From: a virus
Strand: one strand, 5' to 3'
IMG/VR virus record: IMGVR_UViG_3300042731_005759
Span: 1 to 64,000 of that record
Length of the DNA: 64,000 nucleotides
Under the pieces are notes generated by a model. It did no database searches and was not told the origin of the DNA. It saw only the letters and a list, made by a program, of their open reading frames with translations. A program made the position numbers and the translations under genes. This document shows, piece after piece, positions 27,501-37,173 of the stretch (its first letter is position 1; every line of letters starts with the position of its first letter).

Positions 27501-28288
27501 TAATTTTCTACATACTCTACATCTCGTTTATCTTTGAAGAAGAATTCTTTCTTAGCCGTTTCCAACCAAAATTTTGCTTCATTTGTTTTTAGTTTTGAAT
27601 CATCATCATTTTTATAATTCCAAAACAAAGAACCTTCTCTAAAATTAACGTGTTTATATCCCGTTTGTGGGATCACCGCAATCTTAACTCCATTGTGAGT
27701 TAATCTCAATAGAAATTCGTAACTAAATGTGAGTTTAATATTGTCTTTGAAGGAACCATTTTCTTTTATCACTTCCGTTCTATAAAAACCACCACTTGTC
27801 TGATAGTTTTGGAAGTCTAATAAAACTTCATTATTTAAGATCCCCTGTGTTTCTGTAAAACCATACGCCCATACAGACTCATTTGTAAAGTTTAACATTT
27901 TACCTTCTGTGTTGATGTCCTTAACTATTGTCAAGTATACATCAATATCATCACCGAAACTACTTCTATATGTTTCAAAAGATGGTAACCAATTTCTCGT
28001 GTACACATCGTCAACTTCGAGGATCGAGAACCACTCAGTGGTACATTGTTCAATTCCTAAGTTTACCTGTGAACAAAAATCTGTATTACCTTCATTTGTT
28101 ATTAGGTTAATATCTAATTTATCTGATAAACCTTTACTTGTTAAAGTACCAACAACACTCTCAGGACCAACAATACTTAGAGATACGTCATCATGAAACT
28201 GTTCTACTGATTCAACTGCCTTCGATAACATTTCTCCGTATTCACCTTCGATAGAGTGTATTGGTAATATTACTGTTATATTTTTCAT
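27500..28288 (-). CDS. Glycosyltransferase, GT-A fold (GT2-like)
   Basis: ITVILPIH, AVESV, QVNLGI, and WFSILEVDD at the DxD position. Confidence 0.75.
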   Translation of the reverse strand: MKNITVILPIHSIEGEYGEMLSKAVESVEQFHDDVSLSIVGPESVVGTLTSKGLSDKLDINLITNEGNTDFCSQVNLGIEQCTTEWFSILEVDDVYTRNWLPSFETYRSSFGDDIDVYLTIVKDINTEGKMLNFTNESVWAYGFTETQGILNNEVLLDFQNYQTSGGFYRTEVIKENGSFKDNIKLTFSYEFLLRLTHNGVKIAVIPQTGYKHVNFREGSLFWNYKNDDDSKLKTNEAKFWLETAKKEFFFKDKRDVEYVEN

Positions 28289-29355
28289 GTTGTTACTTCT
28301 TGTTCTTTAAATTTATCTAACGCGTCTTGGATAGTTTTAACTCTACTTGTATTCAGTGAGTTAAATATTGATACCACGTTATTGTCTATAATGTCATCAC
28401 TATATGGTAGTAATGTTTCTTTCATTTTGTCTCTGACTTCGTCAGTAATTCCTGCACCATCTAACCACGCTAAAACGTAAGTACCGATTAGTTCTACAAT
28501 CTTAGATAGTTCATACGTCCATATACCGTTTTCACCGATCCATTCAGGTTCTGTTGTAGGTACTTTACCAATAACGGGTACGTTTGATTTCATCGATTCT
28601 AACGGGAATGTCCCAAAAGTAGAATCATCATCTAACCATACTGAACAAATACATTCACTTAATTGATCAGAAAATTCGTCATATGTCATTTGAACCATAT
28701 CTTTAAATGTGATCCATCTTAATTGAGGGTATTTTAGATAAAACTCAGAAATAACTCTTCTGTGGTGTCCTCTATCTCTCGCACTAATAGCAACAAAAGG
28801 TTTAGTTGGTGATTCAGAAGGTTTAAAGTTTTCTCCTATTTTAGGTGGATTCACATAGATCAGAGATTCAGGAAAAATAGTTTTTATATATTCCTTTGAT
28901 TTTTCTGTTGTGGTAATAACCTTATCGAAACCATAGTCTCTCCATCTTGATCCCACAGGTAATGTTTCAAACATGTACTCTGTTTGTTGTACTAACATTA
29001 CTTTATTACACTTAATTGAAGACAATTGTTGTAAGACATTTGAATAGAATTCAGGAACAACAATTATATCATCAATTCCTAATGCTACTTTATCTTCTTT
29101 TATGGATACTATTGGTATATCAGAGTACCTATCACCCAACCAAGATTTAATTCCCACATATTTTTCATCTTCTACTAAGATATATGAGTCATAACCTTCG
29201 TTTTTAAGTGTTTGTGCGGTGTCGTAAATATATTTTACCGCCGCTCTTGCGTTATTTTTTGTATCGTATGTGAGAAAGAATATTCTGTTTTCCTTTTTCT
29301 CTATACGATCAAGTGCTTTTTGTAATAATTCTAAATTTTCTATCGATTCACTCAT
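28285..29355 (-). CDS. Glycosyltransferase, GT-B fold (GT4-like), possibly degenerate
   Basis: DIIVVPE, KVMLVQ and STFGTFPLESM...VPVIG (EX7E-like region with the first Glu replaced). Confidence 0.7.
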   Translation of the reverse strand: MSESIENLELLQKALDRIEKKENRIFFLTYDTKNNARAAVKYIYDTAQTLKNEGYDSYILVEDEKYVGIKSWLGDRYSDIPIVSIKEDKVALGIDDIIVVPEFYSNVLQQLSSIKCNKVMLVQQTEYMFETLPVGSRWRDYGFDKVITTTEKSKEYIKTIFPESLIYVNPPKIGENFKPSESPTKPFVAISARDRGHHRRVISEFYLKYPQLRWITFKDMVQMTYDEFSDQLSECICSVWLDDDSTFGTFPLESMKSNVPVIGKVPTTEPEWIGENGIWTYELSKIVELIGTYVLAWLDGAGITDEVRDKMKETLLPYSDDIIDNNVVSIFNSLNTSRVKTIQDALDKFKEQEVTT

Positions 29356-29641
29356 CGTATTTTCTTAAAATATTGTAATTTATTAGGGTGTTATATGCTA
29401 CTTTGAACGGTAGTGAGAGGTTATTCCCGTAGAGACCTAATGCCTCGTCTTCAGGACCATTTTCAGTTAATAGTGTATCGATACACTGTTTCACTGTATC
29501 ATATTTGAAAACATTGATAGTTTGTTCTACCTCTAATTTTCCTTCTTCACCTACTTTTTCTTTGGGTGTAAGTTTTATCTCACACTCTTCATTAATTTTG
29601 TCCAAGTCGATGTAATAATATTCTCCGAAGATTTCAACCAT
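29348..29641 (-). CDS. Hypothetical protein
   Basis: 97-aa ORF overlapping its neighbours in the operon. Confidence 0.65.
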   Translation of the reverse strand: MVEIFGEYYYIDLDKINEECEIKLTPKEKVGEEGKLEVEQTINVFKYDTVKQCIDTLLTENGPEDEALGLYGNNLSLPFKVAYNTLINYNILRKYDE

Positions 29642-30225
29642 TTTTTATCTATTTCTGTTAATTTATGAATTTCGTGTTTATTTGTAAAGTATTGGTTATA
29701 GTCATTATTGAACTTTATAGATTTCTTAAATCTTGGAGTTCTTTCAATTACACTATTACTATCTGTAATCCACAAATCACATTCTTTCCATAGGTTATCA
29801 ATTTCTGATGAAATACTAAACCTAACATTATTTCCCATATATCCGTTCTTTGAAAGAAAGAATAGGGTTGATGGTTTTGATTTCCCCAATTCATCTAATC
29901 CTATGACAGTAAACTTATGTTCTTTATTAGTATAAATTAAATTATTCAGGTCATGGAAGACGTTTTTATAAGATGGATTAGCGTGTCCGAATATTTCTAC
30001 TGAGTAGTCTAAAAAAAGAAAGTTATTGAACTCATCTTTTGATTGGAATCGATAACTATCCATTAAGAACTCATTTTTAATTGGTTCAATAACACCATAG
30101 TCAAAAGAGTTCTCTTCTTCTGTTTTTTCGTCTTCTTCACTATCTAAGTAATAGTCTTTATAGTGATAATCAAATTTTGCGATAGTATTACGTAAAACAC
30201 CATCGATACTAATAAAAATTCTCAT
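29575..30225 (-). CDS. HAD-superfamily 5'(3')-deoxyribonucleotidase-like protein with degenerate motif I
   Basis: IFISIDGVLRN (usually DxDGVL), DLWITD and YN motifs. Confidence 0.65.
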   Translation of the reverse strand: MRIFISIDGVLRNTIAKFDYHYKDYYLDSEEDEKTEEENSFDYGVIEPIKNEFLMDSYRFQSKDEFNNFLFLDYSVEIFGHANPSYKNVFHDLNNLIYTNKEHKFTVIGLDELGKSKPSTLFFLSKNGYMGNNVRFSISSEIDNLWKECDLWITDSNSVIERTPRFKKSIKFNNDYNQYFTNKHEIHKLTEIDKKWLKSSENIITSTWTKLMKSVR

Positions 30226-30267
30226 AGATAAATTATAATGAAAAATTTATTATAAGTAAATCCTATA

Positions 30268-30960
30268 TTAATCGTATCTTTTTAGGATCTGACTTATTAG
30301 GGGGTTTCTTACGATGTCGTTACTGTCAAATTCATGTATCCCAATATTCTTAAGACCATCTAATCTTACTTTTGCGTCGTATAACCCACTTCTTGTTATG
30401 TCTTTGAATTTATCGGATTGTTCTAAATCACCCGAAATAAAGAATTTAGAGTTAAACCCTATACGTGTCAATAGAAGTTTAATTTGTGCTGGAGTTGCGT
30501 TTTGGGCTTCTTCGAAAACTAAAATAGTGTTATCTACATTCCATCCTCTCATGTAAGCCAACGCAGCCACTTCAATGAACCCTTCATCTTTTAATTTTTC
30601 CCTACAATCCTTACCTATAATTTTATTTAAAAGGTAATACGATGGGAATATATAAGGATCTAATTTCTCCTCTAACCCACCAGGTAATGAACCTAATTTT
30701 TCTTCGGCTTCAACAGCAGGTCTAACGATTATAATTTTTTCATATTTGTTATCTTCTTCCCATAATAAATCTATCGCCTTTTTCATTGCGATGTATGATT
30801 TACCTACACCTGCAGGACCAAAACATAAAGTGATTTCATTTTTATCAAGAGTTTCCCAATAGTCTCTTTGGGATTCTGTAAGGAATTTCTCTCTCGGTCT
30901 TTTGAATATTGCTTTTATTCTTTGTTTATGGGTCAATCTACTTGTTACTCTTTTAGCCAT
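30268..30960 (-). CDS. phoH: PhoH family ATPase
   Basis: GPAGVGKS, RPAVEAEEKLGSLPG, AYMRG, EEAQN, LTRIG and GDLEQSD motifs. Confidence 0.95.
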   Translation of the reverse strand: MAKRVTSRLTHKQRIKAIFKRPREKFLTESQRDYWETLDKNEITLCFGPAGVGKSYIAMKKAIDLLWEEDNKYEKIIIVRPAVEAEEKLGSLPGGLEEKLDPYIFPSYYLLNKIIGKDCREKLKDEGFIEVAALAYMRGWNVDNTILVFEEAQNATPAQIKLLLTRIGFNSKFFISGDLEQSDKFKDITRSGLYDAKVRLDGLKNIGIHEFDSNDIVRNPLISQILKRYD

Positions 30961-31593
30961 TTACTTACCTGTTGATCCGAAACCTCCATCACCTCTATCG
31001 GAATCGGATAATTCATCTACTTCGATGAAATTAATTTTAGGGTTAGGAATTATCATTAATTGACAAATTCTGTCACCAGTTTCATATATTTCAGTACTTG
31101 TTGAGTTATTATAATTAAAGGTCGCCATTATTTCACCTCTATAACCACTATCTATAACCCCAACAGAATTACTTAGTGTTAGTTTTGTTCTTCTAATTGA
31201 AGATCTTGGGAAAACTAAACCTACATGTGTGTCAGGTATTTCTATTGCGATACCCGTACTGTAGGTTACTTGATTTTTAGTATCATCAAAAACATGGCCG
31301 ATTGAATATAAATCAACACAACCATCACCCTCTTTACTATAAGTCGGGATGATTGCGTCTTTGTGTAATTTTTTAATTTTACAATTAACACTAAAATCTA
31401 CTTTTGGAAGATTTACGTTTTGTGGTTTACCCCCATTCATTTGGTTTACCGCATTAATAGAATCATTTGACAGTGCTTGAAGGGTGTTTTCGATTTCATC
31501 CATAAAGGATTGATCAACCTCACCACCTTTACTCAATTGGGTCTCAAATGACTCTAACTTTCTTAAATATTCTTCTAATTCTCCCTTATCCAT
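30961..31593 (-). CDS. dut: Trimeric dUTPase with N-terminal extension
   Basis: PRSS, GVIDSGYRGEI, GDRICQL and RGDGGFGSTG motifs. Start at ATG 31593. Confidence 0.93.
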   Translation of the reverse strand: MDKGELEEYLRKLESFETQLSKGGEVDQSFMDEIENTLQALSNDSINAVNQMNGGKPQNVNLPKVDFSVNCKIKKLHKDAIIPTYSKEGDGCVDLYSIGHVFDDTKNQVTYSTGIAIEIPDTHVGLVFPRSSIRRTKLTLSNSVGVIDSGYRGEIMATFNYNNSTSTEIYETGDRICQLMIIPNPKINFIEVDELSDSDRGDGGFGSTGK

Positions 31594-32146
31594 TCTTTTG
31601 TTCGAAAATTGCAAGGTCAAAACCCTGTTTCACAATTTGTGCTAATGGTGTTGAGTGGTATTTTGCTTGTAGGTCGTCGTCACCTTTGTCAGAATTAACG
31701 ATTGTTTGGTATTCTTCCTCAGATAAACTTACACCGTACTTAGAACAGTAATAGGCGGATCTTTCTCCAACTCTCATAGAAACTAATTCGTCATTAAATT
31801 CATACATTTTACCTAATTTATTTCTATGCCACTCACTTTCGTTTGGTTTAAATAGAAAAGTTTTTCCTATTTGGGATAGGATGGTACAAGTTAAAATACT
31901 TGAGACATCTTGTTGCAGATTTTCAGGTAGTATACTATTGACTTTTACCGCATATTTTGATGCGATAAACATGTGTTCTACTAAACCACCAGGATATGCA
32001 CCATACATATCTAAACTTGTTGATGCGGGTGCAGTGAATATATCCTCACCTAAAAATTTAATTAAATCTTCGGTGAAAATATCATACTTCTCAGAAGTCT
32101 CGAGTAACTTCTTTTTGTTATTTTCTATTTGTTCTTTGTTTAACAT
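31586..32146 (-). CDS. HD-domain-like protein with a degenerate HD motif
   Basis: APAS...AYPGGLVEH (YhaM-like HD family), but LSQIGK where LHDIGK is expected. Confidence 0.65.
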   Translation of the reverse strand: MLNKEQIENNKKKLLETSEKYDIFTEDLIKFLGEDIFTAPASTSLDMYGAYPGGLVEHMFIASKYAVKVNSILPENLQQDVSSILTCTILSQIGKTFLFKPNESEWHRNKLGKMYEFNDELVSMRVGERSAYYCSKYGVSLSEEEYQTIVNSDKGDDDLQAKYHSTPLAQIVKQGFDLAIFEQKNG

Positions 32147-32151
32147 GATTC

Positions 32152-32385
32152 TTATGATTTATAATATTCAGGTGTGATTTTAGAATCAATGACACACTCG
32201 ATCTGCATCTTAGCGATCGAAATACTCTCACTTGATCTCATATCTTCTGAACGGTATTTTGATAAAACTATTGTTGCCTCTTCAACAGATTCTGCTTCGA
32301 CAACATACTTAACTTTTTGAATTCTTGGATTTCCGTTTCTATCCAATTGCTCCATTTCGTAACCTACGGTTGCTAAATAATACAT
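32152..32385 (-). CDS. DUF4494-like small protein
   Basis: V.YE....NG..R..KVKYVVEAESVEEA resembles the Bacteroidota DUF4494 pattern (from memory). Confidence 0.6.
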   Translation of the reverse strand: MYYLATVGYEMEQLDRNGNPRIQKVKYVVEAESVEEATIVLSKYRSEDMRSSESISIAKMQIECVIDSKITPEYYKS

Positions 32386-32395
32386 ATATTAAAAT

Positions 32396-33625
32396 TTAAT
32401 TGTTCTTTATTGTTTTTAAAAATTCAACTCGGTCTTTACACACTTTCTTTAAAGAGTAAGTGTCTTTGACTGTTTCATATAATTTTTCACCTAAATCTTC
32501 CCTAAGTGAAGGGTTTTCGATTAGTCTTTTCATTTGTTGGAACCATTGTTTATGATTCTTTCTTGTTTGAACTAATAATGAGTTTCCATTTTCTACTCTA
32601 TTACCATACTCGAAACTATCAACTAAATCAATTAGATAAGGATTTTCTGCCGTTGCAATAAGAGGTTTTTTATGGAAACCCGCTTCGATAACTTTGAGTT
32701 GGGACTTATACCCATTGAAGTCACTTTTTACAAGTGGTGCCAATGATACATCAAAGTAATTGTAATTTGTTGCGTATTTGTTCAAATCTAAAGTCCATCT
32801 TCTAACATATGGTTGATTAAATTCACCGTCGTAGGATTCTCTTTTCCATGTCTTTAAAAAGTTTACATACTCAGGTTGTAGTGATTTATAATCGTTAGTG
32901 AAAATACTTTCATATTTCGACCACACAGTTTCTTCAGGTCTAATAGGTCTTTCTCTTACTTCCCCCGTTGTTTTGTTATATTCTCTCATATTACCTCTCA
33001 GATCGAAACCACACAAAACAAACTGTACTTTGTCTTTATATTGTTGGTGTATTTGACTAATACCACCTTTCATTAATTCAATATCATATAAATGAGATGA
33101 ACCTCCTAACCAACCAAATCTAACTTTATCAGATTCTATGGTGTTTGGTTTGAATTGACTTTCTTCTTCGTTTACGGCATTAGGGAATACATGAATTCTA
33201 TCATGATTGACTAATTTTTTTAGTGCATCTCTATAAAGTGAAGTTGTACAAGTAATATAATCTGCCAATTTCAACATTTCCGTTCTCTTACCAGCAAGAT
33301 TCTTCTGTTTAAAGGTCTCGTACATAGGATGTCTATGATCTACCCTCCAATAATCATCGGTATCCATGATAACAGTAATACCATTTGATTTTAACCATTT
33401 GATTCTTTTTATATTATCCTCGTGAGATGACTTATGAATAAAAGTGTGGAAGATTACCACGTCATATGTAGAAAAGTATTCATCCTCGTTTGGTACGTTC
33501 AGGTTCAAATCAACATGTACATCAGATGAATGTTTATCACCAATAAATGTAAATGGATCTATGATTCTGAATTTACCTACACCATGTGTGTCCGAGGGTA
33601 TAGCTAATACTTTTACTTTTGACAT
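32396..33625 (-). CDS. Glycosyltransferase, GT-B fold
   Basis: G..FRIIDP, MDTDDYW, VFPNAV, GWLGGSSH..D and DVSLAPL...FN..KSQLKVIEAG motifs. Confidence 0.85.
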   Translation of the reverse strand: MSKVKVLAIPSDTHGVGKFRIIDPFTFIGDKHSSDVHVDLNLNVPNEDEYFSTYDVVIFHTFIHKSSHEDNIKRIKWLKSNGITVIMDTDDYWRVDHRHPMYETFKQKNLAGKRTEMLKLADYITCTTSLYRDALKKLVNHDRIHVFPNAVNEEESQFKPNTIESDKVRFGWLGGSSHLYDIELMKGGISQIHQQYKDKVQFVLCGFDLRGNMREYNKTTGEVRERPIRPEETVWSKYESIFTNDYKSLQPEYVNFLKTWKRESYDGEFNQPYVRRWTLDLNKYATNYNYFDVSLAPLVKSDFNGYKSQLKVIEAGFHKKPLIATAENPYLIDLVDSFEYGNRVENGNSLLVQTRKNHKQWFQQMKRLIENPSLREDLGEKLYETVKDTYSLKKVCKDRVEFLKTIKNN

Positions 33626-33670
33626 ATATTACTTGTATATATCAAAAAGTAAGAAAAAAAAGGGAGGAAA

Positions 33671-34267
33671 TCAATCCTTTTTCTTTGCTTTATTAACTCC
33701 TGTAATTTTTCCTTTGAATATCGAGTCTCCGACTTTGAGAACTAAATTCTCGTTAATTGACGCGGTTTGAGATGCGGTCAATATTAATTCTAATTTCCTA
33801 TCAACAATTTCCTCTAAGGTTTCTTTGATAGTTTCCTTTATAATAGATTTTATGTCTCCACCTACGTTAGGGGTAGGTTGTGTTTGAAGTGTGGGTACTT
33901 TTTGCGTCGTCGAGGATAATCCTTCTTTTTCCATAAGTTTTTTTGCCCCTTCCACAATTGAAAGATCTAAATTATCACTTAGTGAAATATTATCCACGGT
34001 AGGTATTGGGTTGTCAATCATGGCTTGTTTGATTGCGTCAGGTAATTTAGAATTTCTAATCTTATCTTCATTAACAACATTACTAGCCACATTTCTTACA
34101 TTTTGTTTGGGTACATCAGATACCAAGTCACTTTGGTTTTGTTGTAGAGCGGTAGGATCAATATTACCTTTAGTAAAATCTCCTCCGTCGACTTTATTCA
34201 TAACTTTTTTTGCATTTACCAATCTCCTCATGAGATCTTCTTTTGGTACTGGTACAGGTTCTTGCAT
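33671..34267 (-). CDS. Hypothetical protein
   Basis: 198 aa, with SKLPDAIKQAMIDNPI and a C-terminal LKVGDSIFKGKIT segment. Confidence 0.7.
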   Translation of the reverse strand: MQEPVPVPKEDLMRRLVNAKKVMNKVDGGDFTKGNIDPTALQQNQSDLVSDVPKQNVRNVASNVVNEDKIRNSKLPDAIKQAMIDNPIPTVDNISLSDNLDLSIVEGAKKLMEKEGLSSTTQKVPTLQTQPTPNVGGDIKSIIKETIKETLEEIVDRKLELILTASQTASINENLVLKVGDSIFKGKITGVNKAKKKD

Positions 34268-34306
34268 GTTTTTTAAATTTATATTTTAAGTATAAGTATT
34301 TTATTT

Positions 34307-35005
34307 TTAATTATAAAGTAAACTTTTAATTCTCTTAATATTTTCATTCAAACCATCATAGTTGTTATCATCTTCCTCATCGTCGTCGTCGTCGTTATCA
34401 ATAACAGGTGGTTCAGCAGGAGGTCTATTTTCAGGTTCTGGTTCAGGTAGTTCATCTCTTTGTGGTTCTACTTGATCGGTATTTTGATCATCTGGTCTGT
34501 CAACAGGTTCTGGTTGTGGTTCAGGTTGCGGTTCAGGTTGCGGTTGTGGTTCAGGTTGTGGATCTCTATCTGCGGGTATATCAGGTGTAGTCGACCAATC
34601 TGAAGTAACATAGGTTACACTCATAGAATTATCATCCCCTTCTTTATAACCTGGTCTTTTAACATCAAAAGTCTCATCATCGAAGATTTCTATTTGGTTC
34701 ATCCTTGCCACAATAAAAGTTCTCCAATTACCTTTCTCAAATCCTGTTTTAGATCTTGACGGAGGTTCAACCCATGCCCTTACAATCATATTACCTTTCT
34801 TTGATAAACCAAGTGCAACTAACTCCGCTTTTACTCTTCTACCTGGTTGTACTTTACCTCGGGGACCATTATAAAAAAAACTAACAGGGTGTCTATTTCT
34901 AACAGCGTTAGATAGTGTACCAGGTCTATTTCTTTTTGACCTTAAGTACGCGGGAACTTTTTGTTCACCAATTAAAAATTTGTATATATCCTCGAATAGT
35001 TTCAT
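34307..35005 (-). CDS. WYL-domain protein with PQPE/acidic tail
   Basis: AVRNRHPVSFFY...RRVK.E.VALG...VRAW...WRTFIVARM, a WYL SH3-like pattern. Confidence 0.7.
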   Translation of the reverse strand: MKLFEDIYKFLIGEQKVPAYLRSKRNRPGTLSNAVRNRHPVSFFYNGPRGKVQPGRRVKAELVALGLSKKGNMIVRAWVEPPSRSKTGFEKGNWRTFIVARMNQIEIFDDETFDVKRPGYKEGDDNSMSVTYVTSDWSTTPDIPADRDPQPEPQPQPEPQPEPQPEPVDRPDDQNTDQVEPQRDELPEPEPENRPPAEPPVIDNDDDDDEEDDNNYDGLNENIKRIKSLLYN

Positions 35006-35949
35006 TAGAAATCAGGGTATCCGTTTGAGTTACTGTAATTGTTCCTCGCAACGTGTTGTGTTCTTTCGTTAATATCTGTTAATGTACCTACACTTGTGTT
35101 ATTTTCGGCACGTCCTTTTTCATCACCATCTGAGATTGCATTAGGATGAACTAAACCATAACCATTCTGATCATTGTAAATGTTTCTATTTTGATTATCT
35201 GTTCTTGTGTTAATATCTGTAAGACCCCCGACATTACCACTATTTTCACCTTTTCCTAATTCATCACCATCGGATATTGCGTTTGGATGGTTTACACTAT
35301 ATCCATTAGTGTCTGTGTTATATTGGTTTCTATTTAATAAATCCGTTCTTGTATTGATGTCAGTAAGACTACCAATGTTAGAATTGTTTTCACCTTTACC
35401 TCTTTCATCTCCATCTGAAAGAGCGTTTGGATGATTAACACTATATCCGTTTTGATCGTTGTAAAAGTTTCTTGTAACATTATCTAATCTCGTTTGATTG
35501 TCTGTTAAACCCCCAACCTTACCGTTGTTTTCACCTTTACCTAACTCGTCACCATCAGATATCGCGTTCGGATGGTTGGAACTGTAACCATCATTTGAAT
35601 TATATGTGTTTCTTTTTATGTGTTCTTGTCTTTGATTGATATCAGTAACAGTACCTATTTGTCCGTTGTTCTCACCTCTACCGAATTCATCACCATCTGA
35701 AATCGCGTTTGGATTTTCTAACCCGTAACCATTATTTGGTCCGTATTTATTTCTCCCCAAACTGTCATTTCTATTTGTAATGTCTGTATTACTACCGATT
35801 CTACCATTATTTTCACCTTTTCCTAATTCATCACCATCAGAAATGGCATTAGGATGGTTTGAATCATAGTTTTTAGTACCCTGATAATCATTTCGGGATA
35901 AATGTTCTTTTCTAAACTGTGGTGATATTTTATCTAATTGACTTGGCAT
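35005..35949 (-). CDS. Tandem-repeat protein (six 47/48-aa repeats plus a partial seventh)
   Basis: Unit R-x5-RN-x-Y-x5-Y-x3-[HN]PNA[IL]SDGDExG[KR][GA]ENxxx[IV]GxxTDxxx. Confidence 0.8.
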   Translation of the reverse strand: MPSQLDKISPQFRKEHLSRNDYQGTKNYDSNHPNAISDGDELGKGENNGRIGSNTDITNRNDSLGRNKYGPNNGYGLENPNAISDGDEFGRGENNGQIGTVTDINQRQEHIKRNTYNSNDGYSSNHPNAISDGDELGKGENNGKVGGLTDNQTRLDNVTRNFYNDQNGYSVNHPNALSDGDERGKGENNSNIGSLTDINTRTDLLNRNQYNTDTNGYSVNHPNAISDGDELGKGENSGNVGGLTDINTRTDNQNRNIYNDQNGYGLVHPNAISDGDEKGRAENNTSVGTLTDINERTQHVARNNYSNSNGYPDF

Positions 35950-36437
35950 TATAATAATTCTTTAATTCTATTAACTTCTTCAAATACACCCAACGATGAG
36001 ATTGGAGTGACGGAAGTTTTATCTGAATTAGACTTCATCATATTTCTTGGAATAGAATAATTCGTCTTTTTACTGTGTTTAGATAGAAAGGGATTTTTAC
36101 GGATATCGTCTATTTGTGCGATATTGTCCGCCCTTTGTTTAGACTTTTTATTGTTCTTAATTAAGTCTCTTTCTCCATTTAAAAATCCTTTGGCCCACTT
36201 TAACATAAGATCCCCTCCTGCGAGTTTATATTGTATTAAAGAAAGGTCACCACTTTCTAAGTCATGTATAATTCTTTTAATTTGAGCATAACTCAAATTT
36301 CGAGTTCTTAAAAGGTTTTTGGCTCTTTGAGTACCATCCACAGATTTATCCTCTAAAGATGTGAACACTTTATGGATATAATCAAATATATTATCGGGTA
36401 ATCTAAAAACCCTACCTCTTAATTTAGTATTACTCAT
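35949..36437 (-). CDS. Hypothetical basic protein
   Basis: 162 aa, with GTQRAKNL..LSYAQIKRI and LAGG..M..WA motifs and C-terminal EEVNRIKELL. Confidence 0.7.
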   Translation of the reverse strand: MSNTKLRGRVFRLPDNIFDYIHKVFTSLEDKSVDGTQRAKNLLRTRNLSYAQIKRIIHDLESGDLSLIQYKLAGGDLMLKWAKGFLNGERDLIKNNKKSKQRADNIAQIDDIRKNPFLSKHSKKTNYSIPRNMMKSNSDKTSVTPISSLGVFEEVNRIKELL

Positions 36438-37173
36438 CTGATTCTAAATGGTCTTTGATGTCACTAATTGAAAGATTGTTATTCTTCAATGTGTTCTTCA
36501 AAGAATGTATTTGTCTTTTTATGATCGGATTTAATTCTTTTTTAGAATCATTTACAATCTCTTGACTTTTATTTTTCTTAGTTAGAACAGTTTCAACATA
36601 GTCTCTCATAAATTTTTTGGGGTTCTCGACTAATCTAACTTTGTCATCAGGTAATTTTTCATCATACCCCATGGCTTCTAATCTTTTTATTGCATCGTCA
36701 TGAGTTAATCCTAACTCCTTAGTGAAATGTTTATACGCCTTTTTAAAGTTTTCATCATCACCTAGGGTATCATCATATCCTAAAGATTTACTCATGTCAC
36801 TCTCAGCCCAATATCTTAAAGATGTGTGAGTACCATGTACACCATGTGTACCTTGTGATCCACCGATGGCTTTAACAGTTTTATCTGTAGTTTTCTTAGA
36901 GGTTATTCCTTTCGCATGAAAATCGGTTGCTTTCTTACCCCTTTTTATATTTCCTTTTGAATCGACAATTTCATCGACTTCCTCTTCTTCTTGGGAAACT
37001 TTATCGGGTATTTCATCAAAGTCGGTTTCCTTGGAAAGTTCGTCTGCATATTTTTTCCATTTCTTTTTTTCCTTCTTTGAAGTCCCTTCTTCGTTCGCTT
37101 TTGCATAGAAGAATCTCTGTTGCGCTTTTGACGCAAATTTCTCTTCTATAACCTGTTTTAAAAAATTATTCAT
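36430..37173 (-). CDS. Hypothetical protein, possible internal head protein
   Basis: Start at ATG 37173 downstream of TATTTATA (37189-37196). Contains VIEE|KFASKAQQRFFYAKA. Confidence 0.7.
   Translation of the reverse strand: MNNFLKQVIEEKFASKAQQRFFYAKANEEGTSKKEKKKWKKYADELSKETDFDEIPDKVSQEEEEVDEIVDSKGNIKRGKKATDFHAKGITSKKTTDKTVKAIGGSQGTHGVHGTHTSLRYWAESDMSKSLGYDDTLGDDENFKKAYKHFTKELGLTHDDAIKRLEAMGYDEKLPDDKVRLVENPKKFMRDYVETVLTKKNKSQEIVNDSKKELNPIIKRQIHSLKNTLKNNNLSISDIKDHLESDE

Noticed and set aside
35005-35949. Regularly spaced DNA repeats resembling a CRISPR array
   Set aside because: The period is 141 nt, in frame, variable at synonymous sites and conserved along the whole unit. No cas genes are present. 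It is a protein repeat.
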